Shown here: positions 20,548 through 31,432 of the stretch, piece after piece
Layout of the letters: each line of letters opens with the position of its first letter
Position numbering within the stretch: the first letter of the stretch is position 1
Source: Sulfuricurvum sp.
GTDB lineage: Bacteria > Campylobacterota > Campylobacteria > Campylobacterales > Sulfurimonadaceae
Direction: 5' to 3'
Assembly: GCA_036821965.1 (NCBI GenBank)
Contig: DAISIO010000001.1
Span: 195,489 to 259,488 of the forward strand
DNA length: 64,000 bases
Translations under genes and position numbers: made by a program
Notes under the pieces: generated by a model
Databases searched by the model: none
The model's input: only the letters and a program-made list of their open reading frames with translations
What the model was told of the DNA's origin: nothing

Positions 20548-21821
20548 TGCACTATCTTGTCCTCAGTTTTTCATACAAAAATTCGACGTTGGCACAACGT
20601 GAAAAGCTAGCGTTTGTGGATGATACGGCAAAAAAAGAGATGCTTTCGCGCATCAATGCTCATCCTAATATTAGTGAATCACTGCTCCTCTCTACGTGCA
20701 ATCGGATAGAAATTGTGTGCAGTTGTTCCCATTTGGATGAGGCAACGGCGCATTTGCTGGAACTGTTGTCGGATCATTCGAAAAGTTCAGTCGATGAGTT
20801 AAAATTACGCGCCGATATTTTCGATGATTACAGTGCGATACACCATCTTTTTAGTGTTGCAAGTTCACTTGATTCGATGGTAGTAGGGGAAACGCAAATT
20901 TCCGGTCAGCTTAAAGATGCGTTTCGTCTTTGCAATGAAAACGGCTACTGCGGCGTGAAGCTCTCGCGTGCATTGCTGGCTGCACAAAAGTGTGCGGCTG
21001 AAATTCGCAATGCAACGGATATTTCTTCCAAGCCTGTTTCGATTGCCAGTGTTGCCGTTTCAAAAGCGCGTGAATGTGTGGAGACCTTTGAGGGTAAAAA
21101 TGTACTGGTAATCGGTTCAGGGGAGATGTCGGTTATTACCTGCAAACATTTGAGCGCGCACGGTGCCAATGTATGTATCATGAATAGAACGTTTAGCAAA
21201 GCGGAAACGATAGCGCGCGAGTGCGGCGCTACTGTACGATCCTACGAGGAACTCGGACACGCTATCAATGAATATCCGATTTTATTCACCTCGACCGGAT
21301 CTCTCTCCCCTATTATCACCCAAGAGATGATTGAACCGTGCTCCTTTGACCGATATTGGTTCGATATGGCGGTTCCGCGTGATATTGAATGCGAGAGCGG
21401 AAATGGGATTCATGTGTACCGCATTGATGACTTGAAAGAGATTGTGTCTGCCAACATCGCCATGCGCGAAGATGAAGCACGTACCTCTTTTGTTCTTGTG
21501 AGTCGTCATGCTACCGCATTTTTTGAGTGGCTTAAAGCCCTCTCTATTGAGCCGTTGATTAAAAATATCTACGAGCGGGCTTACCATTCTGCTCAAATTG
21601 AAACAGCACGGGTTGTCGATAAAGGATATGTTCCAAAAGAGTATGAAGATGAGCTACTAAAGGCGACCGAACAAGCGCTGAAGCGTTTTTTGCACCCTAT
21701 AACGGAACAAATGCGATGTCATGCTGACCCGTTGCGAACCGATGCCCTGATCGAAGCATTGAGTTTTTTGATGAATGATGATCAAAATCCTCTACTCCAA
21801 AAATCTCATAAAGGAATCTAA
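20544..21821 (+). CDS. hemA: Glutamyl-tRNA reductase
   Basis: 'LSTCNRIEI' catalytic cysteine region and NADPH motif '[10 protein letters not shown]'. Confidence 0.9.
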   Translation: MMHYLVLSFSYKNSTLAQREKLAFVDDTAKKEMLSRINAHPNISESLLLSTCNRIEIVCSCSHLDEATAHLLELLSDHSKSSVDELKLRADIFDDYSAIHHLFSVASSLDSMVVGETQISGQLKDAFRLCNENGYCGVKLSRALLAAQKCAAEIRNATDISSKPVSIASVAVSKARECVETFEGKNVLVIGSGEMSVITCKHLSAHGANVCIMNRTFSKAETIARECGATVRSYEELGHAINEYPILFTSTGSLSPIITQEMIEPCSFDRYWFDMAVPRDIECESGNGIHVYRIDDLKEIVSANIAMREDEARTSFVLVSRHATAFFEWLKALSIEPLIKNIYERAYHSAQIETARVVDKGYVPKEYEDELLKATEQALKRFLHPITEQMRCHADPLRTDALIEALSFLMNDDQNPLLQKSHKGI

Positions 21822-23524
21822 TGCGTTTTAGCAAAGCCTATATCCCTACCACAAAAGAATCTCCAAAAGATGCCCAGCTCCCGAGTCATATTTATCTCTC
21901 ACGAGCGGGGTTTGTAACACAAGTTGCGAGCGGACTGTATAATTTTTTACCGTTGGGTAAACGGGTTCTTCGTAAAATTGAGACGATTATCAACGAAGAG
22001 ATGGCCGCGTGCGGTGCGCTAGAAGTGGATCTTAGTTTTGTCACCCCTGCTGAGTTGTGGCAAGAGAGCGGACGGATCGAGAAATTTGGAAAAGAGTTGC
22101 TCCGTTTTCGTGACCGTAAAGACAATCTGTTTGTTTTAGGACCAACCCATGAAGAGATGATGGTGAGTATCGTCCGTAACCGTATTACCAGCTACAAACA
22201 GCTCCCTCTCAATGTGTATCAAGTCAAAACCAAATTCCGTGATGAAGCGCGTCCCCGTTTTGGGTTGATGCGTGCACGTGAGTTCGTTATGAAAGACGGG
22301 TACAGTTTTCATGCCACTACAGAAGATTTGGATCGTGAATTTGATGCGATGGAAGCGGCCTATAAGCGGATTTTAGAGCGTCTGGGATTGACGTTTCGTA
22401 TCGTCGAAGCCGACAGCGGTGCAATCGGCGGGACAGGCTCCAAGGAGTTGATGGTATTGGCACAAAGCGGTGAAGACACCCTTGCTGTGTGTGATACGTG
22501 TGAGTATGGGGCAAATGTAGAAGCAGCACGCCGCTCGGCTCGTGTCAGCATTCCTGAAGCTCCGCAGGCGGATTTTGCTAAATTTAAAACCCCTAACATC
22601 AAATCTATCGACGATTTGAGCGGATTTTTCCATGTTGATCCGTACTATACACTCAAAGCGGTCGTACTGCGCGCCGTTTATACAGAGGGGAGTGAACCCG
22701 TCTGTTTCTTTATCCGTGGATGCGATGAACTACAGGAAGTGAAAGCCCGCAACAGCGTCGGTGCTATTGATTTGGTCGATATCAGTGAAGCAGAGCTTAC
22801 CGAAATCGGTTTGGTACCGGGATTTATCGGACCGCTCGATCAGGATAAAATACGATACGTGATGGACAGCGATACGAAAAATGGGACCTCGATGATTTGC
22901 GGTGCCAATGAAGCGGATTACCATTTTGTCGGTGTTGATCTGAGTGTGATGAACGATGCATCGTTTGCCGATCTAATCGCCGTGCAAGAGGGGGATGGGT
23001 GTCCTCATTGTAAGGGTAAACTGCTCCATACTAAAGGGATAGAAGTAGGGCATATTTTTAAACTCGGCACGGTCTATTCTGCACCCCTCAAAGCCGAATT
23101 CCTCGATGAAAACGGTCGTTCTCAGCCTTTTATCATGGGAACATACGGTATGGGTGTCAGCCGTTTGGTTGCCGCCGTCATCGAACAGCACCATGATGAG
23201 AAGGGGTGTATCTGGACGCATGCGACCGCTCCGTATCTCGTGAACGTGATGGTTTCCAATATCAAAGAGGAAGCCCATTTGTCGTACGCGGAAAAACTCT
23301 ATGAGACATTAGGGAAAAATGGGATAGAAGTTATTTTGGACGATCGAAAAGAGCGTTTTGGATTTAAAATGTCCGATGCAGAGCTCATTGGATTCCCGTT
23401 CACCGTTATTGTCGGCAAAGAACTTAACAATGGAGACGTTCAAATTATGGTACGCGCTACGGGTGAAATGATTACGGTTGAAGCCGATAATGTGATAGCA
23501 AAACTAACGGAATTGATCGGATGA
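21821..23524 (+). CDS. proS: Proline--tRNA ligase (bacterial type with INS editing domain)
   Basis: Class II motifs '[21 protein letters not shown]' and '[11 protein letters not shown]'. 567 aa. Confidence 0.93.
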   Translation: MRFSKAYIPTTKESPKDAQLPSHIYLSRAGFVTQVASGLYNFLPLGKRVLRKIETIINEEMAACGALEVDLSFVTPAELWQESGRIEKFGKELLRFRDRKDNLFVLGPTHEEMMVSIVRNRITSYKQLPLNVYQVKTKFRDEARPRFGLMRAREFVMKDGYSFHATTEDLDREFDAMEAAYKRILERLGLTFRIVEADSGAIGGTGSKELMVLAQSGEDTLAVCDTCEYGANVEAARRSARVSIPEAPQADFAKFKTPNIKSIDDLSGFFHVDPYYTLKAVVLRAVYTEGSEPVCFFIRGCDELQEVKARNSVGAIDLVDISEAELTEIGLVPGFIGPLDQDKIRYVMDSDTKNGTSMICGANEADYHFVGVDLSVMNDASFADLIAVQEGDGCPHCKGKLLHTKGIEVGHIFKLGTVYSAPLKAEFLDENGRSQPFIMGTYGMGVSRLVAAVIEQHHDEKGCIWTHATAPYLVNVMVSNIKEEAHLSYAEKLYETLGKNGIEVILDDRKERFGFKMSDAELIGFPFTVIVGKELNNGDVQIMVRATGEMITVEADNVIAKLTELIG

Positions 23525-23955
23525 TCTATTTTTTAATCTACCTATTTTTGGAAGTTTTGTTGACCGTTCAGGTGGCTTCACAAATCGGCGGATTAATGAT
23601 GTTTGGCGAAATTGTATTGAGTGCCTTTATAGGGATAGCGATACTTTTTAATTTTCGGGCTACTCTCCTCTCTAATATTATGGAACTGCGAGAACGGCGT
23701 GTCGATGCAAACGGTTTTTATAAACGGAATCTACTCTCCCTTTTAGGGGCAATTTTATTGATTTTACCGGGGATATTGACCGATATTATTGCGGTAGCCA
23801 TCCATCTTTTTTTGGCTGGTCAGCTAATCGTTAACCGTTTTACGCCAAAATACCCAGAAGAGAATTCTCAAACAAAGCAAAATACCTCATATTATTCAAA
23901 GGACGACAATGTTATTGATGCCGAAATTATCAGCGACCCTCCTGCTTTGCGCTAG
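23521..23955 (+). CDS. fxsA: FxsA-family membrane protein
   Basis: 144 aa. '[13 protein letters not shown]' is the FxsA hallmark region. Two or three TM helices. Confidence 0.7.
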   Translation: MIYFLIYLFLEVLLTVQVASQIGGLMMFGEIVLSAFIGIAILFNFRATLLSNIMELRERRVDANGFYKRNLLSLLGAILLILPGILTDIIAVAIHLFLAGQLIVNRFTPKYPEENSQTKQNTSYYSKDDNVIDAEIISDPPALR

Positions 23956-24745
23956 CGTATACGGAGCAACCGATGCGGACGTAGTCTCATTTTTAAAAAA
24001 AGGGATTGGAAGTAATCCCAATATCAGCAATTTGCAAATAGATATCAACGGAAAACAGAACGTTTCCGCTATGAAAGGGTGGCAAGCCTATTTTGTCAGC
24101 ATCGAAGCCGATGTTAAGCAAGGTTCAGAGAGCCGTCATATCAACCAAAACGGAACCTATTTTGTCAGCGGAGACGTGATTGCGCCGGAGTTGGTTAATC
24201 TTAAAACGGGTGAGCGTTATAACGATAGCATCGCACCCGAATTTAATCCTTCCTATTACACCAAGGCCAATTTGATCAGCGGAAATGCGAATGCCAAAAA
24301 TAAAGTGGTGATTTTCTCCGATCCCCTTTGTCCGTTTTGCCGTCGTTATGTCCCTGAAGCGATTAGTTATATGGCCAAATACCCTAAAACATTTGCCCTC
24401 TATTACTACCATTTCCCTCTTGCGCAGCTCCATCCCGCAGCGACAGCGTTGACAAAAGCAGCAATAGCGGCAGAGCAAAACGGAATTGATAATGCAACAC
24501 TGAAAATGTATCAAGTCGATATTGACCCGAATGAAAAAAATGAGCAAAAAATTATTGATGCGGTCAATAAAACGTTTAAAACCAAACTTGTCGTTGCTGA
24601 TTTACGCCGCTCTTCCGTCGTAAAGCAGTTTGATTTTGATCAAAAAGCCGCTCGTGCTGTGATGGTAAACGGTACCCCTACTGTATTTTTTAACGGGGCA
24701 AAAGATACCAAAAAAACGAAATACAAAGATGTAAAGGTACAATAA
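23909..24745 (+). CDS. Periplasmic thioredoxin-fold disulfide isomerase (DsbC/DsbG-like)
   Basis: Signal peptide, 'FSDPLCPFCRRY' CxxC motif and an N-terminal dimerisation-like domain. Confidence 0.65.
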   Translation: MLLMPKLSATLLLCASVYGATDADVVSFLKKGIGSNPNISNLQIDINGKQNVSAMKGWQAYFVSIEADVKQGSESRHINQNGTYFVSGDVIAPELVNLKTGERYNDSIAPEFNPSYYTKANLISGNANAKNKVVIFSDPLCPFCRRYVPEAISYMAKYPKTFALYYYHFPLAQLHPAATALTKAAIAAEQNGIDNATLKMYQVDIDPNEKNEQKIIDAVNKTFKTKLVVADLRRSSVVKQFDFDQKAARAVMVNGTPTVFFNGAKDTKKTKYKDVKVQ

Positions 24746-24748
24746 TCG

Positions 24749-25696
24749 ATGAAAAAACTCACCATTGCAACACGTGGAAGCAAACTTGCCCTTTGGCAAT
24801 CCCGCCATATTAAATCGGTGATTGAGTCTGCGCGCCCTGATATCGAGGTAGAGCTTAAGATTATTATTACCTCTGGGGATAAAATTTTGGATGTTCCTCT
24901 CGCGAAAATAGGAGGCAAAGGGTTGTTTCTCAAAGAGATTGAAGAAGCGATGTTGGCAGGTGAGGCGCAAATGGCGGTTCATTCTCTCAAAGACGTTCCT
25001 ACGGTGATGCCGGAGGGGTTGCTCTTGTCGGCTATTACGATACGTGAAGATGTGCGCGATGCGATGTTGAGTGAAAAATATCCTACTATTTCTGCATTAC
25101 CGCAAGGTGCCGTAGTGGGAACGTCATCTCTTCGCCGTCGTATGCAGCTGGTAAAGCAACGTCCAGATTTGGTTATTAAAGATCTACGTGGGAACGTTGA
25201 TACCCGTATCCGCAAACTAAAAGAGGGTGAATTTGATGCCATTATTTTAGCAAGTGCCGGGATCAATCGTCTTGGTTTTGCGGATTTGGTTGAGTATTTT
25301 TATCCGATTTCACTGGATGAGATGATCCCTTCTATGGGGCAGGGTGCATTGGGGATAGAGACGATCGATGAGCCATGGGTGTTGGAAATTGCCTCAATAC
25401 TAGAAGATAAAAACAGCCGCATAGAGACAACCATTGAGCGCGAGTTCGTGGATACTCTTCAAGGGGGGTGTCAAGTTCCCATCGGTGTGAGTGCGCGTGT
25501 ACAGGCCAATGGAGATGTTACGATTCGCTCAACGCTTGGGTTGCCTGATGGGTCCGAATGTATAGGTGAAGAGATTGTTGTTGCTGTTAATGAGCTTGTC
25601 GGTGCGGGTGAATCAATGGCGCGCCGTCTCATAAATCAAGGGGCGATGGATCTTTTATCCCGTGCAGAGAAGATGGCAGACGGACACAAAGAATGA
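24749..25696 (+). CDS. hemC: Hydroxymethylbilane synthase (porphobilinogen deaminase)
   Basis: 'IATRGSKLALWQ', 'GTSSLRRRMQL', 'RGNVDTRIRKL', 'GGCQVPIG'. Confidence 0.92.
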   Translation: MKKLTIATRGSKLALWQSRHIKSVIESARPDIEVELKIIITSGDKILDVPLAKIGGKGLFLKEIEEAMLAGEAQMAVHSLKDVPTVMPEGLLLSAITIREDVRDAMLSEKYPTISALPQGAVVGTSSLRRRMQLVKQRPDLVIKDLRGNVDTRIRKLKEGEFDAIILASAGINRLGFADLVEYFYPISLDEMIPSMGQGALGIETIDEPWVLEIASILEDKNSRIETTIEREFVDTLQGGCQVPIGVSARVQANGDVTIRSTLGLPDGSECIGEEIVVAVNELVGAGESMARRLINQGAMDLLSRAEKMADGHKE

Positions 25697-27513
25697 CCCT
25701 GGTAAAAACGCTCGATTTACTAAAATCTCAAGGTGAGTTGCGTGTTATTGATACACCGCTCGATATACATCTCGAAATTCCCCATTTGGCCTATGCCGAA
25801 GTCAAAAAAGAGGACGGGGGGAAAGCCCTTCTTTTTACCCATCCGATTGACAGTTCCCGAAATCACTCTTTTTCTACCCCTGTCGTCATGAACCTTTTTG
25901 GCTCATATAAGCGTACGGAACTTCTTTTTGGTCGTGATGTGGAGGGGGTAGCTTTGGAAATCGAAAAGCTCCTCCACATGAAACCGCCTCAAGGGTTTAA
26001 AGAAAAAGTCGGGATGCTGGGAGATCTTTTTTCGATGAAAGATATTTTTCCTAAAAAGGTGAAAACGCGTGGATCTTGTCAAGAAGTTGTGATGCAGGGA
26101 GATGCGATCAATCTCTATGATTTACCGATTTTAACAACATGGGAAGAAGATGGCGGCCCTTTTATCACAATGGGGCAGGTCTATACCCAAAGCTTGGAGG
26201 GCGATATCGTCAATCTGGGGATGTACCGTCTCCAAGTGTACGATAAAAACCATCTGGGAATGCATTGGCAGATACATAAAGACTCTTCCCATTTCTTTGA
26301 TCAATACCAGCGTGCGGGTAAAAAAATGCCTGTTTCTATCGGTATCGGCGGCGATCCTCTCTATACATGGTGTGCGACGGCGCCCCTGCCGTATGGTGTC
26401 AATGAGTTGCTTCTTTATGGACTGATTAAAAAAGAGAGTATCAAGCTGGTGCAATCGATCACTACGCCGTTGTATGTACCCGGAGATTTGGATTTCGTGA
26501 TCGAAGGGTGGGTAGATCCTGAAAAATTGGTTTTAGAGGGACCTTTTGGAGATCATACGGGGTATTACACATTAGCAGAGCATTATCCGGTAATGGAAGT
26601 AACGGCTATTACCCACCGTAAAAAACCGTATTATCTCGCAACTGTTGTGGGTAAACCGCCGTTGGAAGATAAATATATGGGATGGGCAACAGAGAGGATA
26701 TTTTTACCCCTTCTTAAAACCAATGCGGCCGATCTAATCGATTACCATATGCCTGAAAACGGTGTATTTCATAATCTTATTTTAGCGAAAATGAAGCCGC
26801 TGTATAAAGGGCATACTAAGCAATTTATGCATCTTTTTTGGGGCTCAGGACAGATGAGTTTCGTCAAACATGCCCTCTTTTTTGGTGAAGATGCTCCGAA
26901 GCTTAATAACTATGAAGCGCTGGCGACGTACGCGCTGAACCGTTTTGTCCCCAAATGCCTCTTTATTTCCGAGGGGATTACCGATGCACTCGATCACTCG
27001 AGTCCCGAGGCTCTTGTGGGGGGAAAACTGGGGGTTGATTTTACATCATCCTATTCACTGCAGAAGCCTGATGTAATCGATAGCAACGATCTCTTAATAC
27101 GTATACGTGCTCTTGTTCCTGAAGTACAAGGTGTGACGCAATATATGCGTCATACGGCTAATCCGATAACGGTGATCAGTGTGAATAAAGATCGATCGTT
27201 TGCACGGATGGCAGAGAGCCTTGCATCGTTAGAAAGATACATTCGCATCGTCGCCGTTGTGGACAGTGTGAAAAATGATCTGGATAACCCCTATATGCTG
27301 TTGTGGCGTGTTGCTAACAATATTGATGCGGGGCGAGATATTAATGTGTGCGGGAAGATCGTCTCCATTGATGGTACAGACAAAAGCAGTATAGACGGTT
27401 TTGTACGTGAATGGCCGGGGGATGTGAATTGTACCCAAAGTGTCGTCGAAAAACTAAAATCTCTTTCGCTGTGGGATCTTGATTCAAAGCTAGAAAAAAA
27501 ATATCGCCTCTAG
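25693..27513 (+). CDS. UbiD-family decarboxylase (menaquinone biosynthesis decarboxylase type)
   Basis: 606 aa. UbiD-like 'GPFITMGQVYT', 'YRLQVYDKN' and 'GPFGDHTGYY'. Confidence 0.8.
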   Translation: MTLVKTLDLLKSQGELRVIDTPLDIHLEIPHLAYAEVKKEDGGKALLFTHPIDSSRNHSFSTPVVMNLFGSYKRTELLFGRDVEGVALEIEKLLHMKPPQGFKEKVGMLGDLFSMKDIFPKKVKTRGSCQEVVMQGDAINLYDLPILTTWEEDGGPFITMGQVYTQSLEGDIVNLGMYRLQVYDKNHLGMHWQIHKDSSHFFDQYQRAGKKMPVSIGIGGDPLYTWCATAPLPYGVNELLLYGLIKKESIKLVQSITTPLYVPGDLDFVIEGWVDPEKLVLEGPFGDHTGYYTLAEHYPVMEVTAITHRKKPYYLATVVGKPPLEDKYMGWATERIFLPLLKTNAADLIDYHMPENGVFHNLILAKMKPLYKGHTKQFMHLFWGSGQMSFVKHALFFGEDAPKLNNYEALATYALNRFVPKCLFISEGITDALDHSSPEALVGGKLGVDFTSSYSLQKPDVIDSNDLLIRIRALVPEVQGVTQYMRHTANPITVISVNKDRSFARMAESLASLERYIRIVAVVDSVKNDLDNPYMLLWRVANNIDAGRDINVCGKIVSIDGTDKSSIDGFVREWPGDVNCTQSVVEKLKSLSLWDLDSKLEKKYRL

Positions 27514-27589
27514 AAACCATTAAGCAATCTATTAGAATTGCTAATGTATCATAATTTTAGATTTTATTAAATAGGGGAGTTACAAACAA

Positions 27590-27925
27590 ATGAGTAAGAT
27601 AGCTGTCTTTATTTCACTTTTATTGATATCAACCGTTTCATCTCTCAATGCTGCTGCATATAAGGGGCAAAAAGTCTATATGGATTCCTGCAAAGAGTGT
27701 CATGGCGGCGGGCAAGAGTTTGCAAACTCTAAAAATATACGTACATGGGAAAAAATTATGGACAATAAAGGTGAAAAACTTGCAGATATTCACCTCTCTT
27801 CTAAAAAAGCTCTGGCTTCCCATGAATATTTTGAGAGCCGTAAGTTTACAAAAGATTCCAAGCATCTCGAAGATTTCTTGACCGAATACGCAAAAGACAG
27901 CGGCAACGTTCCCGCTTGTAATTAA
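27590..27925 (+). CDS. Small periplasmic c-type cytochrome
   Basis: Signal peptide plus one haem motif, 'CKECH'. Confidence 0.65.
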   Translation: MSKIAVFISLLLISTVSSLNAAAYKGQKVYMDSCKECHGGGQEFANSKNIRTWEKIMDNKGEKLADIHLSSKKALASHEYFESRKFTKDSKHLEDFLTEYAKDSGNVPACN

Positions 27926-27952
27926 TAGTAATAATTTTTCCCCTCATTCTTT

Positions 27953-27981
27953 TGTCATCCTAAGCAGGATTCAGGATGACA
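27953..27981 (+). other. 9-bp-stem hairpin downstream of the cytochrome c gene
   Basis: tgtcatcct (27953-27961) pairs with aggatgaca (27973-27981) around an 11-nt loop. No T-run follows. Confidence 0.4.
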
Positions 27982-28050
27982 CCGCACAGTAAACTCAAAA
28001 TAATCTAATCTTCGCTAAAATACCCCACTTTTACACTACTCGGAGATACC

Positions 28051-29436
28051 ATGGAAAAAATGTGGTCTGGACGGTTTGCACAGGATGCATCGTCATTGTT
28101 GGAACAATTTAATGCATCTATACTGTTTGATCAAAAATTGTATCGAGAAGATATTGAGGGGTCGGTTGCTCACGCACAAATGCTCTGCTCACAGGGAATT
28201 TTGACTCATGAGGAGCTGAAATCAATCGAATTGGGGATGGCTCAGGTGCTTAGTGAGATCGAAGCAGGGGCATTCGAGTGGAAAATCGGGGATGAAGATT
28301 TGCACATGGCGATTGAGAAACGTTTGACGGCTATTATCGGCGATGCAGGAAAAAAACTCCATACGGCACGCAGTCGAAACGATCAGGTCGCTCTTGATTT
28401 CCGTCGTTACGTATTGCGTAAAAACGGTGAAATTATAGAGCGTATCAAATCGTTAATGGGTGCTATTGTCGAGATTGCACGATCCCATACAACAACCTTG
28501 CTTCCGGGGATGACCCATTTGCAACACGCACAACCGATCAATTTTGCTTTTCATTTATTGGCATACACAACGATGTTTAAGCGTGATATTGAGCGATTTG
28601 AGAGTTCGTATTCTCGGAATAATGTCTCTCCGATAGGATGTGCAGCCTTGGCTGGGACACCGCATAATATAAACCGTGAGATGACAGCGAAAACACTTGG
28701 CTTTGATTCTGTGAGTATCAACTGTCTCGACACGGTGAGCGATCGTGATTTTGCCCTAGAGATACTGTTTAATATCTCTACGTTGATGATGCACATTTCG
28801 CGCCTCTCTGAAGAAATTATCCTCTGGTCGAGCTATGAGTTCCGTTTTGTAGAACTCTCTGATGAGTATTCGACGGGATCCTCCATTATGCCACAAAAGA
28901 AAAATCCTGATGTCCCTGAGCTGCTTCGGGGTAAAACAGGTCGTGTGTACGGAAATCTTATGGGATTGTTGACGGTGATGAAGGGATTGCCTCTGGCGTA
29001 TAACAAAGACACCCAAGAAGATAAAGAGGGGGTCTTTGACAGCGTAGAAACGGCAGAAATTTCCCTCGAAATTCTACGGGAAGCTCTTAAAACCATGACC
29101 ATAAAACCTGAAAATATGGCAACAGCGTGCAAGTTGGGTCACTTAAGTGCTACTGATTTGGCGGATTATTTGGTAGAGCATTGCGGTGTACCGTTCCGTG
29201 AAGCCCATTTCATTACAGGAAAAGCGGTGGCACGCGCTGAAGTACTAAAAATTGATTTGAGTGAAATAGAGTATCAAGAGCTCCACGCCATCGATAATCG
29301 TATCAAAGAGGATGTTATCCGCTATTTGAGCATCGAGCACTCAATGAATGCCCGTACGTCACAAGGGGGAACTGCCGAAGTACGAACCTTGGAACAAATT
29401 GTTTATTTTGACAATTACCTTAAGGAGATAAAATGA
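28051..29436 (+). CDS. argH: Argininosuccinate lyase
   Basis: 'MWSGRF', '[10 protein letters not shown]' and fumarate-lyase signature '[12 protein letters not shown]'. Confidence 0.93.
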   Translation: MEKMWSGRFAQDASSLLEQFNASILFDQKLYREDIEGSVAHAQMLCSQGILTHEELKSIELGMAQVLSEIEAGAFEWKIGDEDLHMAIEKRLTAIIGDAGKKLHTARSRNDQVALDFRRYVLRKNGEIIERIKSLMGAIVEIARSHTTTLLPGMTHLQHAQPINFAFHLLAYTTMFKRDIERFESSYSRNNVSPIGCAALAGTPHNINREMTAKTLGFDSVSINCLDTVSDRDFALEILFNISTLMMHISRLSEEIILWSSYEFRFVELSDEYSTGSSIMPQKKNPDVPELLRGKTGRVYGNLMGLLTVMKGLPLAYNKDTQEDKEGVFDSVETAEISLEILREALKTMTIKPENMATACKLGHLSATDLADYLVEHCGVPFREAHFITGKAVARAEVLKIDLSEIEYQELHAIDNRIKEDVIRYLSIEHSMNARTSQGGTAEVRTLEQIVYFDNYLKEIK

Positions 29437-29897
29437 AAATAACCGTTTCACATTTGGATAATATGCGCTTTGAAGCGAAAACGGAAAAAAGCAGCTTTAT
29501 TATCGATTGTCCGCAAATCTCTCCGATCGAGTATTTTTTGAGCGGACTTATCACGTGCAGTGCAACCGATGTCGTGATGTTGCCAAAGCAGCAAGGTTTT
29601 GAAGTCACCAATCTCGAAGTAGATGGGGAAGTGGTACGTAATGAAGAAGCGCCTCGTAAATTCAACACCCTGCATCTCGTATACCGTTTCAATTCCAATG
29701 CCGACGATACCCTAGCGGCTCGATGGGTTATGGCGAGTCTTGAGACATACTGCTCGACGATCAATACGATCCGTGATACAACGGCGATCACCTATACGAT
29801 TATCCATAACGGCAATACGATTCGTGAAAATGAAACGATGATTAGCGGCGGCGGAAGCAGTGTTGATTTTGGTACATTGCAAGGGTGCAACGCGTAA
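29433..29897 (+). CDS. OsmC/Ohr-family protein
   Basis: 154 aa with two conserved-spacing cysteines ('LITCSATDV' and 'ETYCSTIN'). Overlaps the argH stop. Confidence 0.65.
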   Translation: MKITVSHLDNMRFEAKTEKSSFIIDCPQISPIEYFLSGLITCSATDVVMLPKQQGFEVTNLEVDGEVVRNEEAPRKFNTLHLVYRFNSNADDTLAARWVMASLETYCSTINTIRDTTAITYTIIHNGNTIRENETMISGGGSSVDFGTLQGCNA

Positions 29898-29939
29898 TTA
29901 GGAAAAAAGAGGAGGGTTGAGGGTATAAAAAATAGCGTA

Positions 29940-29965
29940 GCAAATCGGAATTTTATTCCGATTGC
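29940..29965. terminator. Hairpin between convergent osmC-like and HIT genes (candidate bidirectional terminator)
   Basis: Perfect 9-bp stem aatcggaat/attccgatt with a ttt loop, plus two flanking G-C pairs. The T-run is only offset on the minus strand. Confidence 0.5.
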
Positions 29966-29973
29966 GTATTAAA

Positions 29974-30330
29974 TTAAAAAAAGTCTTTCGTATCCGCATC
30001 GGCAAAATGTCCCCAGTGGAGTTTTGCACCGCCAACGATATGAAAATGGAGATGCCCTACCTCCTGACCGCCGTTTTCACCAATATTACTGATGAGTCGG
30101 TAGCCGCTTTGATCGATTCCTAGAGTTTTCGCAACCTCTTGTATAAATGTTGTCATCCTCCCCATTACATCACCCGGAATATCGTTAAAACTATCATAAT
30201 GTGTTTTTGGGATGACCAATACATGAACAGGCGCTTTTGGATTGATATCATGGAATGCAAAAAAGTTTTCATCTTCTTGGACGAGATTGGAAGGGATTTC
30301 ACGGTTGGCTATTTTACAAAAGATACACAT
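29974..30330 (-). CDS. HIT-family (histidine triad) nucleotide hydrolase
   Basis: 'MCIFCKIANREIP' start at the ATG at 30330 (the track ORF has a 28-codon upstream extension). Triad 'GHLHFHIVGG'. Confidence 0.85.
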   Translation of the reverse strand: MCIFCKIANREIPSNLVQEDENFFAFHDINPKAPVHVLVIPKTHYDSFNDIPGDVMGRMTTFIQEVAKTLGIDQSGYRLISNIGENGGQEVGHLHFHIVGGAKLHWGHFADADTKDFF

Positions 30331-30439
30331 TCTAAACCTCTTTTTTCCCACATTGTAGCATACGTCTCTTCCCTTGAAGCTTATTATAAAAGAGATTTCA
30401 CTACAATTGCCCAATATAATATAGGATGGAGATCAGGCT

Positions 30440-31432
30440 TTGCAAGAGTGGTACAATGCTATAAAATCAGCCGATACAATTGATAAAATCGAAGAAATTC
30501 GCATAGCAATTTTTGGAAAAAAAGGGATTATGAACGCAGAGTTCGCCCGTATGAAAGATGTTCCTAATGAAGAGAAAGGGACATTTGCGAAAGAGCTGAA
30601 TATCCACAAAGAGGGATTGAACGCTTTATTGGTAGATCGTAAGCTCTTTTTAGCGATGGAACATTTGACGGCAACGATGAAAAAAGAGGCGATAGATGTG
30701 AGTCTCTATTCACCGACCAGCGAACGGGGCTCTTTGCATCCTGTCATGGAGACGATGGATCGTATCGTTGAGTATTTTGTGGCGATGAATTTTTCCGTCC
30801 AAACAGGACCTATGGTAGAGGATGATTTTCATAATTTTGAAGCATTAAACCTCCCTAAATACCATCCTGCACGCGACATGCAAGACACTTTCTATTTTAA
30901 AGATGCAAAACTTTTGCGTACCCACACCTCACCGGTACAGATACGTACGATGCTAAACAGCAAACCGCCGATACGGATGATCGCACCGGGATCGGTATTT
31001 CGCCGTGATTATGATTTGACCCATACACCGATGTTTCATCAAGTAGAGGGGTTGGTTGTAGAAGAAGAGGGTAAAGTCTCTTTTGCCAATCTAAAATTTA
31101 TCTTAGAAGATTTTTTGAAAACAATGTTCGGGGATGTCGAGGTCCGTTTCCGTCCGAGTTTTTTCCCGTTCACAGAGCCATCGGCCGAAGTGGATATCAG
31201 CTGTATTTTTTGTCTAGGCAAAGGGTGCCGTGTCTGTTCGAAAACAGGTTGGCTAGAAGTGCTCGGATGCGGTATTGTTGATCCGAATGTCTTTAAAGCC
31301 GTTGGATATGAAAATGTTAGCGGTTATGCCTTTGGCCTGGGAGTCGAGCGTTTTGCGATGCTGATTCACCGCATTGGCGATTTGCGTTCATTGTTTGAGG
31401 GTGATGTTAGATTATTGGAGCAGTTTAGATGA
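30440..31432 (+). CDS. pheS: Phenylalanine--tRNA ligase alpha subunit
   Basis: '[11 protein letters not shown]', 'FRRD' and '[14 protein letters not shown]'. Confidence 0.93.
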   Translation: MQEWYNAIKSADTIDKIEEIRIAIFGKKGIMNAEFARMKDVPNEEKGTFAKELNIHKEGLNALLVDRKLFLAMEHLTATMKKEAIDVSLYSPTSERGSLHPVMETMDRIVEYFVAMNFSVQTGPMVEDDFHNFEALNLPKYHPARDMQDTFYFKDAKLLRTHTSPVQIRTMLNSKPPIRMIAPGSVFRRDYDLTHTPMFHQVEGLVVEEEGKVSFANLKFILEDFLKTMFGDVEVRFRPSFFPFTEPSAEVDISCIFCLGKGCRVCSKTGWLEVLGCGIVDPNVFKAVGYENVSGYAFGLGVERFAMLIHRIGDLRSLFEGDVRLLEQFR

